Source of the DNA: Amoebidium appalachense
Lineage: Eukaryota > Protista > Ichthyosporea
Direction: 5' to 3'
Length of the DNA: 64,000 nt
Assembly (NCBI GenBank): GCA_963693365.1
Contig: CAVNZM010000004.1
Location: 7,663,093 to 7,727,092, forward strand
Below are positions 1 to 13,118 of this stretch, one piece after another; the first letter of the stretch is position 1; each line of letters starts with the position of its first letter. The translations under genes were made by a program, and so were the position numbers. Below the pieces are notes generated by a model that ran no database searches, was not told the DNA's origin, and saw nothing but the letters and a program-made list of their open reading frames with translations.

Positions 1-274
1 GCACATAGATCCATCCTCAAGTAAACAACACTATTTAATTAGTACCCAATATTCAAAAGGAACAACTCCACACATCTAAAGAAAATACAAACAAACAAAA
101 TAACATTAACACGCCTACCTTGGCCTCCTTGACAGTTTCTTCCTCCCCCCCCTCCCCCACTCCCCCTCCCCGGGGCCCCCCCACCCTCCTTCCCATCGTC
201 ATTCAACGGCAACTTACAAATTACATTTTAAAGTTACAATAAGAATATAAACATCAAAGCACTTGTGCACACAC

Positions 275-1343
275 CTTTGCCTCCTCGACTGCACTGCAGC
301 AGGACCTGCACTCATTCTCCAAAGAGCCGAGACCAAAGTCCCCAAGCAGGTCGCACGTGCTGTCCCCGACAAAAACTTTAGTGCACGCCATGTTCAAAAA
401 CAGCCACCAAATGACGACCAATGACACAACAAAATGTGGCAAAGGAAAATAGCGCCTGGGGAGAGGGGGGGCGGGGCGGGGGGGGAAGGGGGAGGGGGGA
501 AGGGGGGAAAGACGGCAGGAGAAAAAGGAGGAGCCGGGGGGGGGGGAGGAGGGGAGAGAGAGGGGGGAGGGAGAGGAGGAGGTGGAATTGCGGACGTGAA
601 CGTGTCTTGACTACTATCGGGGGGTGGCTCTGTTCACCCGTGGTACATCGACTTTCAGAAAGGTGTGTCTATGCCTCAAGATCGGGTGCTAACCGAAACA
701 AGCCCATTCGGCCTTGTGCACTAGAACCACAGTAGTGGCGTGCCATGTACAGGCAGTGGCAGTGAGTCTGTCTGAGTGTGTGCACAATGCAAGCATGCAC
801 GGACGCACAACGGTTCGCGTACACAAACGCACACAGCATCAACGTACACGCACACCAACGGGCCATTTCTCACTTTTACCTGCAGAGACAGGCACACATG
901 CTGGTTCAAAAGTGCAACATTTGAATCCAGCCACACACACACAGGTACACACTTGCAGACACACACACAGACTCACCTACACATGTACAACACACACCAG
1001 CAGCTGCATCCACACGCCCGCAAGCACCCGGGCACTCCCGCACCCGCATGCGCGTGCACAAACACACTTATACACAAAAAAATCCATACGCGAGCCTAGG
1101 CACACACACACACGCACGCACGCACGCACACACACGCACACACACACACACACGCACGCACGCACGCACGCACACACGCACGCGCACACCCACACCCACA
1201 CCCACACACCCACACACACACGCGCACACTTACCGACACTGCAGGGCATCGGTGTAGCCTTTGGCGAGGCAGTCGAGGGCGGCGCAGACGCTAGCCAGCT
1301 GCAGCGCCACAGCTGTGGCGACTAGCAGGGCCTCGCGCCGCAT
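275..1343 (-). CDS. SELENOF: Sep15/selenoprotein F-like protein, 5' exons only (gene continues off the left edge)
   Basis: Exon 1 1343-1234 (ATG, signal peptide [27 protein letters not shown] donor) joins in phase 2 to exon 2 359-275, giving [43 protein letters not shown]. This matches the Sep15 Cys-rich UGGT-binding region (C..LGF...L.CSSCDLLGQF.L..L...CRGCC). The CxU motif and SECIS would lie outside the window. Confidence 0.85.
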
Positions 1344-1898
1344 AGCGCGTAGGAAAAAGAAGAAACACCAGCAAAGGAAAAAAAAAATTAAACGAAAAAC
1401 GTAAGACTTGGTGAAGTGTGTTGCCAAGGAGGGAAGGGTACCGGTGATGGCTCTGAGCCACCAGACGTACTAAAAAAACATTTGTGTAGTGCGGTCGTCT
1501 GGTAGCGAAGAGCATTCCCTCTTCGAGCAGGGTCGTTGTATAAAAAGATTCAAATAAACTGCTTGCGCAAGCTGATGTCGCAAACCGGTGGCTGAGCCTT
1601 CTGAGATCGATGTACACGTGATCATGATCAACCCCTGTGTTAGAAAAACACGTTTGCGAAGTGCCCATGATGGATGTTTGAGTGTCCAATGGTATGTGTA
1701 GTACTGAGTAATCAACTAATCTACGCTTTGTAAGGTGCCCATTTTATAGATATAAAGTAGTGGGTTGTTTGGTAAGGCGAGGGAACAAAGTTCATTTCTT
1801 TCTTGATAGGCACAGGCCACACAAACAAGAACATCGTCTAGGTTTCAGAAGGAGACAGACAGAACGCAGAGGGGTAGCCAGAGGGGAAGACAGGCACA
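1344..1898. promoter_or_regulatory. Probable bidirectional promoter between SELENOF-like (-) and DCAF13 (+)
   Basis: 555 bp of microsatellite-free sequence between two divergent ATGs (1343 minus, 1899 plus). Confidence 0.55.
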
Positions 1899-2349
1899 AT
1901 GAAGGTCAAAACTATATCACGCAACGATGAGGATTATACACGGTCAAACACACGTGACCTCTACAAGGTGCACAGGAACATGAACCCTGCACAGCATCCG
2001 TTTGAGAAGGCAAGGGAATACACAAGAGCCCTTAATGCCACAAAGCTGGAAAGGATGTTTGCTAAGGTGTGTGCTGCGTGCGCGCGTGTGTGTGCGTGTG
2101 TGTGATGTGAATCTGGGTGAGGTTTTTTTTTGTTTTTGTTTTTGTTTTTTTGTTTTTGGGGGGGGGGGGGGGGGGTTGGATTCGGCATGGGGATGGAAAT
2201 AGAGCTGGGTTGTAGTGGGAGGACGCACTGAGTGGAGGAGGAGGAGAGGCAGAGGAGCTATGAGGGAAATGAAAATGGTGTCAAAGGGATAAGGGGTGAA
2301 AGGATGGACTGGGTACTTTCAATGGAGGGGGTAGGAAACGGGGAGTGAG

Positions 2350-2415
<66 letters not shown>

Positions 2416-2874
2416 AGGGGGGGGGAGGTGAGGGAGGGTTGGTGGGCTGTTTGTGCGTGTCTAATTGTGCCTCTTTGTCGTCGTGTGCATGTCACCCGTC
2501 TCCCCGGTACATTTCAGTGACATGTGTGATTGTGTGCGGCTGGGTTCTTGTACACACACATTTTAAAATCTTCAAAAACCTATGTGCCTACACTTCTGTT
2601 TGTGCTACAATGATCTGGGTTCAAGTGTGTTTGCTGGTTTTTTTGTGCTTTCATGCTGTTTCAAGTGTTACGTACTGAAATTGGTTTGATGTTGCATCTT
2701 GGTTGCCTGTGCATGCTTTTTTAGCTTATGTCTGCTTACTTAATGTGTGCCGCCGCTGATACCATTGCATAAATGAGTGGTAATGGCCCTAGGGATGAGA
2801 GGCATGGAATAGGAGAGCAAAATGAAGGGGGGAGGGGCAGGGTGCAGGCAGGGTGGTGGTGGTGGTTGGTGGGT

Positions 2875-2927
<53 letters not shown>

Positions 2928-3467
2928 AGGGGAGGTCAAGAAAAGGAAAGCAGGAAAACAGTGTTGTCGTCGAAATGAAGGAAAGGGTAGAGAAGTAGGG
3001 GTTGTGGCTGGGGAGGTTGGTCGATGGTGCGGGTGTGTGTGTGTGTGTGTGGAGTGGGAAGGTGGGAGGGGGGGGGGGAAGGTGGGAGAGAAGGGGGGGG
3101 GGGGGGGGGGGGGGGAGTGGGAGGGGGGTATGGGGGTGCAGGTGTTTATTACTTAGGAGCCTGGTGTTCACATCGGGGGATATGTTTGGAAAATGGAGGG
3201 GGGAAGTGCCTCCCGGGAGGGGCGACGGGGAGGAGGGGGGGGGGGGGGGGGGGGGGGCAGCTCCCGGGGGGCGGGGGGGCTCCCGGAGAAGTGAGAAGGG
3301 GAGGGGGTTGGAAGATTTGAATGTTTGTGTTAGGCCGTGGTTTGTGGGAGTGGGAGTGGGTGCTAAGTCTAGTAGGTGGGCTGGGATTTTAATTATAGGG
3401 AGGAAAGGATTTTATTGTAGGTGGGTGATGGTGGTGGTGGGTGGTATGTGTGTGTGTTGGGGGGAGG

Positions 3468-3502
<35 letters not shown>

Positions 3503-3964
3503 CTTGGGGAGGAGGTGGTGGTGGTAGTGGTGTTGGGGATGGGGGGGGGGGGGGGGTGGGGGGAGAGGTTAAGGGTGTGCACTCGTGAGTAAGAAGAGGG
3601 GGAGGATACATTAGAAAACGATGACAGTCTTATGCTACCTTCTCTCCCCTTTTCCATTCCCTTGTTTCTCTGTCTTTACTGGTTGCTTGTCCATTTTTTT
3701 GTTGGCGTGTTGCAAAACGTCTCACCATTTTTTTCTCTTTCCTATCAACTATTTTCTCTCCTCCAAGTTTTTTTTTATCCATACTTGTTTTGTGTGTGCA
3801 AGGAGACGTCTGACCCGTGCCTTTTTTTTTTTTTTTTTTTTTTTATGGGTGCACTTAGTGGGCGTACAGACGGTGTGTAGCTTTTCTCTTCCCTTTCTTT
3901 CTGTTTTGTTTATCGCGTTGGTTTTTTTATGTGTGTGTGTAGGTGCAAGTAAATGTCTGACCCG

Positions 3965-4005
<41 letters not shown>

Positions 4006-4654
4006 TTCCCCACACAGCCGTTCATGGGAGCGCTTAGTGGACATACAGACGGTGTGTTCTGTCTTGCCAAGCACCCCACCAAGGTGACGACTGTGCTGTC
4101 TGGTGCGTGCGATGGCGAGATCAAGGTGTGGAGTCTGAAGAACCTGGACGAGCAGTGGTCTGTGAATGCACATAAGGTGCGTGGGGATGGGGGGTAATGT
4201 GTACGTGTGTTCGTGTGTATGTGTACATGCAGGCACACACAGGCACATATAGGTACGCGTAGGTAGTTGTGCTTGCACATGCACGTGTACGTGGAATAGG
4301 GACACGTATATGCGGTTGGCACATGCACACTGACAGGCGCATGTATAGAGACAGGCAGGCACACACAACAGGCACGTGAAAATGTGCAGGCACACTCGGG
4401 CACACGTACACACACATGCACAGGTACATGGACACGGGCACAGGTACGCATGTGCATCTGTACATGCAGGCCTCGACAATGTGCATGCACAGAGGCACAC
4501 GTACATACGAGCGCTCGCACATGCAGTCACAAACGTGCATGCATACACAGGAGCACGCATGAAAACCTCGATAGTCTAAAAACACTTGCAGCCAAATGTA
4601 TGTGATGCATGTACTTTTCCTTTAAGGGGGATTGAAGGAAACAGGGGAGCCCTT

Positions 4655-4688
<34 letters not shown>

Positions 4689-5392
4689 GGGGGGGCATGC
4701 CCATTCCCGATTTCTCTCGCATGTATTTACTCATAGATTGTTTAAAAAAAAAAAATAATAATAATAAAGGAGAATAAAAATAATTGAGAATCGACATTTA
4801 TCAAAATCGCCGAAAAAAACAAAATAATGTTCTGCTGATTAATTTAATTTTGAATTTATTTACCACAGGGCTATGTGCGTGGTCTGAGTGTTGGGCCGTA
4901 CGGGGACCATTTTGTGAGTGTAGGGGAGGACCAAACGGTGAAGACGTGGGCATTGGAGACGGCAGATAGTGAGGCCTCAAAGCACACACCAACAAACGTG
5001 TGGTTGGGCAAGCACGCATTCACGGGGGGTACGTGTACGGGTGTGTGTGTGGGTGGGTGGGGTGGCGCGGTAGGGGGCGAAGGGGAAAGGGGGGGGGGAG
5101 GGGGAAGCGGGGAGAGAATGAGGGGAGGGGAGGGGACGGGGGATAGGTGGGATGGGGGGGCAGGTTTTTTTTGGGGGGGGGGGGGGGTTGGGGGGAGGGT
5201 GGGAGAGGAGGGGTGAATGGGTGGGTGGTTGTTGTTTTTTTTATAATTATTTCTATTTCTATTTTTTATTTTTTATTTTTATTTTTTTTGTGGGGGGGGG
5301 GGGGGGAGGTTGCATGTACGAAAGGAGGTCGAGTGGAGGCCGGGGTGGGGTTTGAGTTTCTTTATTTTTATTTTTATTTTTTATTGGGGAAG

Positions 5393-5424
<32 letters not shown>

Positions 5425-6532
5425 CTGTCCCGTGTTTTTGTCGTGGTGGGGCAGTTGAGGGCGGGGGGGGGGGGGAGGGGGGGATGGAGGACTGCAGTCT
5501 GAAGGGGTTGGGGGGGGGGGGGGGGGGGGGGGGGGGCATCCGTATGGGGAAGGGGGGGGGGGGGGGGGGGGAGGGGGGGGGATAGAGGAGGTGCAGATGT
5601 GTACGTGCTGAGAGGCAGATGATTTGTGTGTGTGTGTGTGTTGACACGTACGTACGTGCCTGTGCAGTGGACCACCACAGGCGCAAGGGCCTGTTTGCCA
5701 CGGGGGGCAGTGTGGTGGAGGTGTGGGACCACCACCGCAGCGAGCCAGTACACAATTTCAGCTGGGGTGCGGATACGATCACGGCCGTGAAGTTCAACTC
5801 CGTCGAGGTGCGTGCTATTTGATATTTCATTGTATATTTTTCAATGTGTGTTTTTGTGTGTGTGTGTTTGGGGGGGGGGGAGGGGAGGGGGGGAGGGAGG
5901 GAGGGAGAGGGGGGGGGGGGGGGTGGTAATTTGTGGGTGGGTTGATGGGGGGGGGGGGGGGGGGGGGGTGAGTGGGTAGGTGTGTGTGTGTGTGTGTGTT
6001 TGTGTGTGTGTTTGTGCGTGTGTGTGTTGTGTTTATTTTGCTCTTTCTTCTTTTCTTTCCTTTTTCTTTAAGCATGGGTCACCACATCCTGCATATCTGA
6101 TATGTGGTACAAATCCTATCTGCTAAGTCGTGCGGATTCTATCTCATATGTCGTACGGATTCTAAATGATATTCGAATCGGATTCTGATGACATGTTGCA
6201 CGATTCTCTCTCGATATGTCGTATAGACTCTATCAGAGATATGGTACGGATTATATCTGATGTATGGTGAGACTTATATCTGATATGGTTGGTGGGGTTC
6301 AGGTGGACGTGTTTGCCAGCTGTGCCACAGACCGCAGCCTTGTGCTGTACGACATTAGAATGGGCAGCCCCCTCAAGAAGTTGATCATGCAGATGAGAAC
6401 AAATGCGGTGCGTGCGTGTTGGTGTATGGGTGTTAGTGTGGGTGGGTGGGTTTGGGGGGGGGGGGGGGGGGGAGGGGGGGGGATGGTGTGTGTGTGTGGT
6501 GTGGGTGGGTGGGTGTGCGTGGGTAGGTGTGC

Positions 6533-6563
<31 letters not shown>

Positions 6564-6787
6564 GGGGGGGGGGGTGCGTGTGTGTGTGTGTGGTGTGTGC
6601 ACCTGAACGAATGCACGTGTGCACCTGTGGAAATGTGACTGTGGTCAGGTGCACGTGCAAATGTCATGTGCACACTGTGTGAATCCATGTTCACTTTCAC
6701 ATGTGGACATATGCACTCACACGGGCATGGATACGTTCCCACAGGTGTACACGTGCATTTGCGCGGGTGCACACACGCACACCCACG

Positions 6788-6834
<47 letters not shown>

Positions 6835-7781
6835 CAAAAAAAAGAAGCCCCCCCCCCCCCCCCCCCCCCCCTTCCCCCTCCCCCCAAACACACACACACA
6901 CACATGAACACACATACACACACACACACACACAACACATAACACACACAAACAATGACGACGGTAGCAATCCTGGCACGGTTAAAACAAATTAATCATA
7001 GGCACGCCTATTTATAGACCCAGTGTGGCTTGGAATCGACTGTGTTCAGCGTCTTTCTTTAATTGTGACATATGGATGTTGTCAAGCCTGCAGTCGAGGT
7101 GCCATTTATAAAGGGCCCAATGAGTGTTATCAAACCTTTATCTAGTGTCTAGTTTAAAGATCTTCTATCCAGCGAACTTTTACCGAGGAACTATTTATGG
7201 ATCTGCCGCTCATTGGACCTTATCAAACCTTCAACTGACGTGCTATTTATAGATCTGCTGGAATCCCATGGAAGCATTTAACTTCACAGCAGCCAACGAG
7301 GACCACAACCTCTACACTTACGACATGCGGAAAATGGACACGTATGTGCCTCCCTCCCCCCCCCCCCCCCGGGGGAGGTTGGGCTCTGCTTATGTTGCAT
7401 ACTGCATGTGTTGCTGATGTTGCATACTTTAATGTCTGCGTTTGCGTGTGTCCTGCACCGTGTTTCTCAATTTGTAATTGTACTTCGTACCGTGTTCCGC
7501 ATTTTATCCCCCCCCCCCCCCCCCCCCCCCTGGTGCGTGCTCACTATTTTTATGATCAACATTGTCCGTTGTGAATGTTTACTTTTCTGTGACGCATTAT
7601 AAATTCATCCCTCTCTTTGCCCTTCTCCACGGAAAAGGATTTTTCCTTTCATACACATCGGCACGTACACCTCCAGCACACGGGGAGGCGAGGGGAAGGG
7701 AGGGGGGGAGGGGGGGGGGGAAGGGGGGGGGTGATGGGTGGGGGGGGGGGGGGGGGGGGGGGGGGGAGGGGGGGAGGGGGG

Positions 7782-7828
<47 letters not shown>

Positions 7829-10227
7829 ACTAGACGTTTGGATGGCAAGGAAATGGGGGTTGGGATTGGATTGGTATGGCATCTGTCACCATGCAAGTAA
7901 GAGATATATGTACCAAGGGTGTGTGTGTGTGCACGTGCATGGCAGGGCTCCATTATAATATGATCATATCCCCCCTCCTCCCCCCCCTTCCTCCCCCTTT
8001 TCTTCCCGACTTCGCTTCTATGTTTGCAACATACTTAAACCAATACATCATCTTCCCCTCCCCCCCCCCCCCTCCCCCCCCCCCCCCCCCCCCACCACCA
8101 CCACCACCACCACCACCACCACCACCAACAAACCCACCTACCCACTCCCACCTCCACCCACCCACACTCGCGAAAAAAATGTGCTTGTTTTCTCTTCTTC
8201 TTCTTCTTTTTTTTTTTTTTTTTGATGTGCTTGTGTGTGTTTTGTGTTTGTGTGCACGTGCAGGGCGCTCAACGTTCACAAGGACCACGTGTCTGCCGTG
8301 CTTGCCATCGACTACTCCCCTACCGGCAAGGAGTTCGTCACAGGTGCGTGTGTGTGTGGGGGGGGGGGGAGGAGGGGGGAGGGGGGGGGGGGGGGAGGGG
8401 AGGGGGGGGGGGAGGGGGGGGGGGGGGGGGGGGGGGACCTGGGTGAGTGGCTGGCTGGCTGGCTGGCATGTGTGTGCCGAGGCCGTGCTGGATTCGCGCC
8501 GGGGGGGGGGGGGGGGGGGGGAGGGGGGGGAGGGGGGTAGGAGGGGGCGGGGGGGGGAGGGGGAGGGGGGTAGGAGGGCGGGGAGGGGGGGGACTTTATT
8601 CGGGGTAGCTGGTGGTGGGAGGTAGTTAGAATACAGACAACTAAACGCAGTTCATTATCTATTCTGGTTTCCAGTCAGAATAAAGGTTTGGTTACCTTTC
8701 AGTTATGGGTTCTTCTAACATAGCCACGAGTTGCTTGCACTTAGTTCCATTTTTAGCCAAGGGTTAACTGTATCTCTCTCTCCGCATTAAGGCCACCTGT
8801 CACACAACTACTGTACCCACACGACACCCTACTCTTGTCAACATATCAAGCCACACGTTACTTGCACGAATTTCCATCTGTGGGAACCAGACACTATATT
8901 GCTGACACGTATTTCTATACTTAGCCACTATTTTCTTGCACGTGTATATGTGTATATGGCTATATGTAATGCGCATATTTTTTGCCTATTTTGCCATACG
9001 TTACTTGCCACGTATTTCCATATTTAGAGACAAGCTACGGAACACTTATTTTGACATCGCCGCACCTTACTTATAAAGTGTATTTCCATATTAGTATCTT
9101 GTGCCGTATTCCCATATTTAGCCACACATCATTTGCGCGTATTTACATATTAGGACAAACGTCTGCTAGTTGTATCACTAGCTCGTGCATCCATGTTTAG
9201 CAGCGCGAATCTCCTTATTTGGTCATACGTGACTAGCACGTATTTCTATATTTAGCTATGCGGTTCTCGCATGTAGTTTCGATGTGTAGCCATATTCATA
9301 CGTGATTTTTCATATTGGTCGCACGCTACCTGCATGCATTCCATCATTATCCACACGTTACTTACACGCAAACAGGCATTTTCGTGTTTTACCTTGTTTT
9401 TTACCCACCTGTTACCTATACGTAAAACTTCCCTTATTTATCCGCATGTTTCACACACCCATATTTTCATATTAATCCACACGTTACTATGTTAAAGGAC
9501 TCACTCCTGACACGTAAGAACTTTTCACACTTGGCCACATTTTTCTCACACCCATATTTCCATATTTATCCACACCTCTCTCACACGTCTTTGCATTATT
9601 TAGCCACAAGTAACTTCTACGTGCTTGGGCCTTCAGCCAAACCTTGCTTTTATGAAATTCAATATTTAGCCACACCTTTCTCACACGCATATATTTTCCA
9701 TATTTAGCCACAACAACTTTCTCACACACCCATATATTTCCATATTAATACACACACTTTTCTCACACCCCAATATTTCCATATTTAGCCACACCCTTCC
9801 CACACGCATATATTTCCATATTTAGCCAAACCCATCCCACCCGCATATATTTTCCATATTTAGCCACAACAACTTTCTCACACACCCATATATTTCCATA
9901 TTAATATACACGCCTTTCTCACACCCCAATATTTCCATATTTAACCACACCCTTCCCACACGCATATATTTCCATATTTAGCCACCCCCTTCTCACACCA
10001 TGTATTTCCATATATAGGTGCATACGACCGGTCTTTGCGCATCTACGGTACCAGTGAGGGACACAGCCGTGAGGTCTACCACACCAAGAGAATGCAGAGA
10101 ATATTTGCCGTCTTGTGGTCCCAAGATGCAAAATACGTGCTGAGCGGAAGCGACGAAACAAACGTGAGGTTGTGGAAGGCACAGGCGGCAGAGAAACTGG
10201 GAACGGTGAGTGTGTGTGTGTGTGTTT

Positions 10228-10273
<46 letters not shown>

Positions 10274-10894
10274 GAGGTGTTACGTGTGTGTGTGTGTGCG
10301 TGGTGGGTGGGTGGGTGGGTGGTAGGGTGTGGTTACGCGTTTGTGTGAATCCGTCGTAATGTGTGTGTGTGTGTGTGCACGTGCCCGTGTCTCTGTAAAT
10401 ACCTTGTGTGTGTGTGTGCCAGCATGTTTGCGTGTGCGCATTGGCTTTCAGGGTATTTGAACACTATTGCAGGTGTGCATGAGTACGGGTGGGCAATTGG
10501 GCTCCAGCAAACTTGTGCACATGGTGTGTGTTTGTGTGTGTAAGAGGCTGAGTAAGGGCCACAGTGCACTAGTCGTATGTGGTTGGGTGGAACAAGCCTT
10601 ATTCGTGTTGCGAAAGTAGTATAGAGTCCCCATTGCTAGGCTGCTTTTATCCGTCGGGGGGAGAGGAGGAGGAGGGGGGGGGGGGGGCACACAGGGCACG
10701 TAGCCGTGTGCCTACTTTGTATGTATGTGCTCACTTTGTATATTTCTGCTCACTTTGCATATATCTCTGCAGCTTGCACCAAGGGAGAAGGCCTCTCTCC
10801 ACTATGCCGAGAAACTCAAGGAGACTTTCAAGCACCACCCGGAGATCAGGAGGATATCACGCCACCGCCACGTACCAAAGGTCCTTATATCCCT

Positions 10895-10928
<34 letters not shown>

Positions 10929-11208
10929 TCCGTCCCCCTCCCCCTCCCCCTATTCCCCCCATTCCCCCTTTTCGTCACCTCCCTTTCCTGCAAAAAAAAA
11001 AAAAAAAAAAAAAAAAAACCCCCTTTACAAGGGGCGGGTGTACATGTGCATGGTGTCCACCCGGGGACGCCTCCTTCTAGATACTATTTGTAGGTGCATG
11101 CACGTACAAGGTTGCGGCACTCACCATTCCCCTTCCCTGGTGTGTGCGCGTGTTCACGTGCACATGCATGCGCCTGTTCACTGCGTGTTTGTGTGTGCAC
11201 TCACTGGC

Positions 11209-11239
<31 letters not shown>

Positions 11240-11383
11240 GCCATTATGAAGGCAGCCGAGAGCAAGCGTACGATTATAGAGTCAGAGAAGAGGAAGGTCG
11301 ACAACAGGCGGAGGCACAGCAAGCCCGGCAAGGTGCCATACGTGCCAGAGAGGAAGAAGCCTGTCGTTGCACTGCAGGACTAA
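1899..11383 (+). CDS. DCAF13: DCAF13/SOF1/WDSOF1 WD40 protein (U3 snoRNP/SSU processome), 10 exons, 446 aa
   Basis: Exons 1899-2066, 4018-4176, 4869-5028, 5668-5807, 6303-6407, 7253-7341, 8264-8343, 10018-10205, 10773-10880, 11240-11383. All introns are GT-AG with consistent phases, total 1341 nt. Hallmark motifs: MKVKTISR...[76 protein letters not shown]. Confidence 0.97.
6093..6302 (+). repeat. Degenerate ~23-bp minisatellite ending at a DCAF13 acceptor
   Basis: About 9 units resembling ATCTGATATGTCGTACGGATTCT, running up to the AG at 6301-6302. Confidence 0.7.
7371..7507 (+). mobile_element. 5'-truncated copy of poly-C-flanked repeat family
   Basis: GGGCTCTGCTTATG...GCTGATGTTGCATACTT...GTACTTCGTACCGTGTTCCGCATT matches 33838-33949. 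C-runs on both sides (7356-7370, 7508-7530). Lies in DCAF13 intron 6. Confidence 0.8.
8900..10017 (+). repeat. Degenerate ~34-bp tandem array whose last unit forms the DCAF13 exon 8 acceptor
   Basis: Recurrent TATTTCCATATTTAGCCACAC(C/A)...CTCACACRCA units, more homogeneous toward the 3' end. The final unit reads TATTTCCATATATAG|GTG. Confidence 0.85.
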
Positions 11384-12295
11384 GATTATTAAAATCACAT
11401 ACGTGCACACACACACACACATACATGCACGTACACATCTCATGTGTGCGCACACACTCCTTGTATCACTTTGTCATCATACTTTAATTTATTTCTGAGT
11501 CGGCTGCTGTGTATTGTCGTGACGTCACATTGGAACTTTATCTCATCAAAGCGGGTTTGCAATGAAAGTCACACACGCTTGCACACACAGTGTCACTCAC
11601 ACACACACGTTTTCTCAAGGAAGGATATGGTCGTGCATGCGTGCATGTTGATCATGATGTTACTGTCTGCATTTATATGTAAATGGAATGAATGGCTACC
11701 CGATTCTTGGTCTGTGTTAGGCTGTAAGGTTTCTTTCAAATTGTTCAAATATATGAGCAAGTGGGTGTCCGTAATTGGTAACTGTGCTGGTCACTACCTA
11801 ATAAGGGAGTCCTCTTGCATCTTTCTGGCGCTGTTATCTTTTGCCGCTTGCAAGAATAAGGGGATTTCTTGGTGTCTTTGCGGAGTTTTCGACTGTCTCT
11901 TCCTGGGCTTCTTTTCTTTTGCTGAATTTGGTGGGGGGTTGGTGCCAGTGCCCCCCCCCCCCCCCCCCCCCGGGGGGGGGGGGGGGGGGGGGGGGGGAGG
12001 ACGCACACACACACTGTGCACCGTCAGACGGACACCCACACAAACACAAACACACACACACAATGATACACACACGCGCACACACACACACACCACACAC
12101 ACACAAACACACAGTGACAAATGAGCACAAAATCCAAATGTACACACAGACATATGCACACATTTTCTCACAGCCCCCTCCCTCCCATCCCTCCCCCCTC
12201 CCCCTGCCAACCAAAAAAAAGAAAAAAAAAAGAGAAAAAAAAACCTCCCCGCCCATAAAGAGGACCCACGGGACGGGGGGAAAAACGGGAGCTTC

Positions 12296-12334
<39 letters not shown>

Positions 12335-12411
12335 GGAGGGATACACACACACACACACCGTGCACCGTCACACGGGCGCAAACACACAAACACATTGTGA
12401 TATACACACGT

Positions 12412-12444
<33 letters not shown>

Positions 12445-13118
12445 ACCGCACACATCAGAGCTTTTTATCCATTTTGTTGCTTTGAAGAAAGGGGGGAGGG
12501 GCATTAGGACAGTATGAGAAATTTGCTGTTCGATAATTTGGATGCAGATATGTAGTAAATTTTATCAGGGCAAGTTCAGTGCACTACTCGGATCTTGTGC
12601 AACATGCACAAATGCATGGATCTCGATTAGATGAGAAATTGTCGCTGTATGTTCGGTGTAAGTTAACGTATACACTATATTAATCTGCATGAACGATGAT
12701 GCTCTACGTAGTAAATATATATCGTATGTTTGTTCCTATCGCCCAAATTTATGTTAAAGGCCACCACCGTGACCAACCAGGGCAGGCATTGGCCAGCATG
12801 ACACTTTATTTTAGATCTGCTAGCGCTACTAGAAAAGGTGATAGATGGTCTTATGGGTTGGCGCAAACATAGTACCGTATTATGTAGTAACAGTTGAGGA
12901 ACGAATGCATATGTCATGACATATTTCTGGTTGTTCTGGGATCGGCACATACAATGCCTTGAAAATGAAATAATATTTACCGGTACCTTAAAAAGCTTTG
13001 TGCCTGCTAGGAATGATTGATGGCTCCGAAACGCACATGGGCATATGCCATTGTGCAGGCCTTGAAATATATTAATATATATGGGTGGGGTGGGGGGGGG
13101 GGGGGGGGGGGGGGGGGG

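Noticed and set aside
8900-10017. CRISPR-like array
   Set aside because: Eukaryotic intron with degenerate tandem units and no unique spacers or cas genes.
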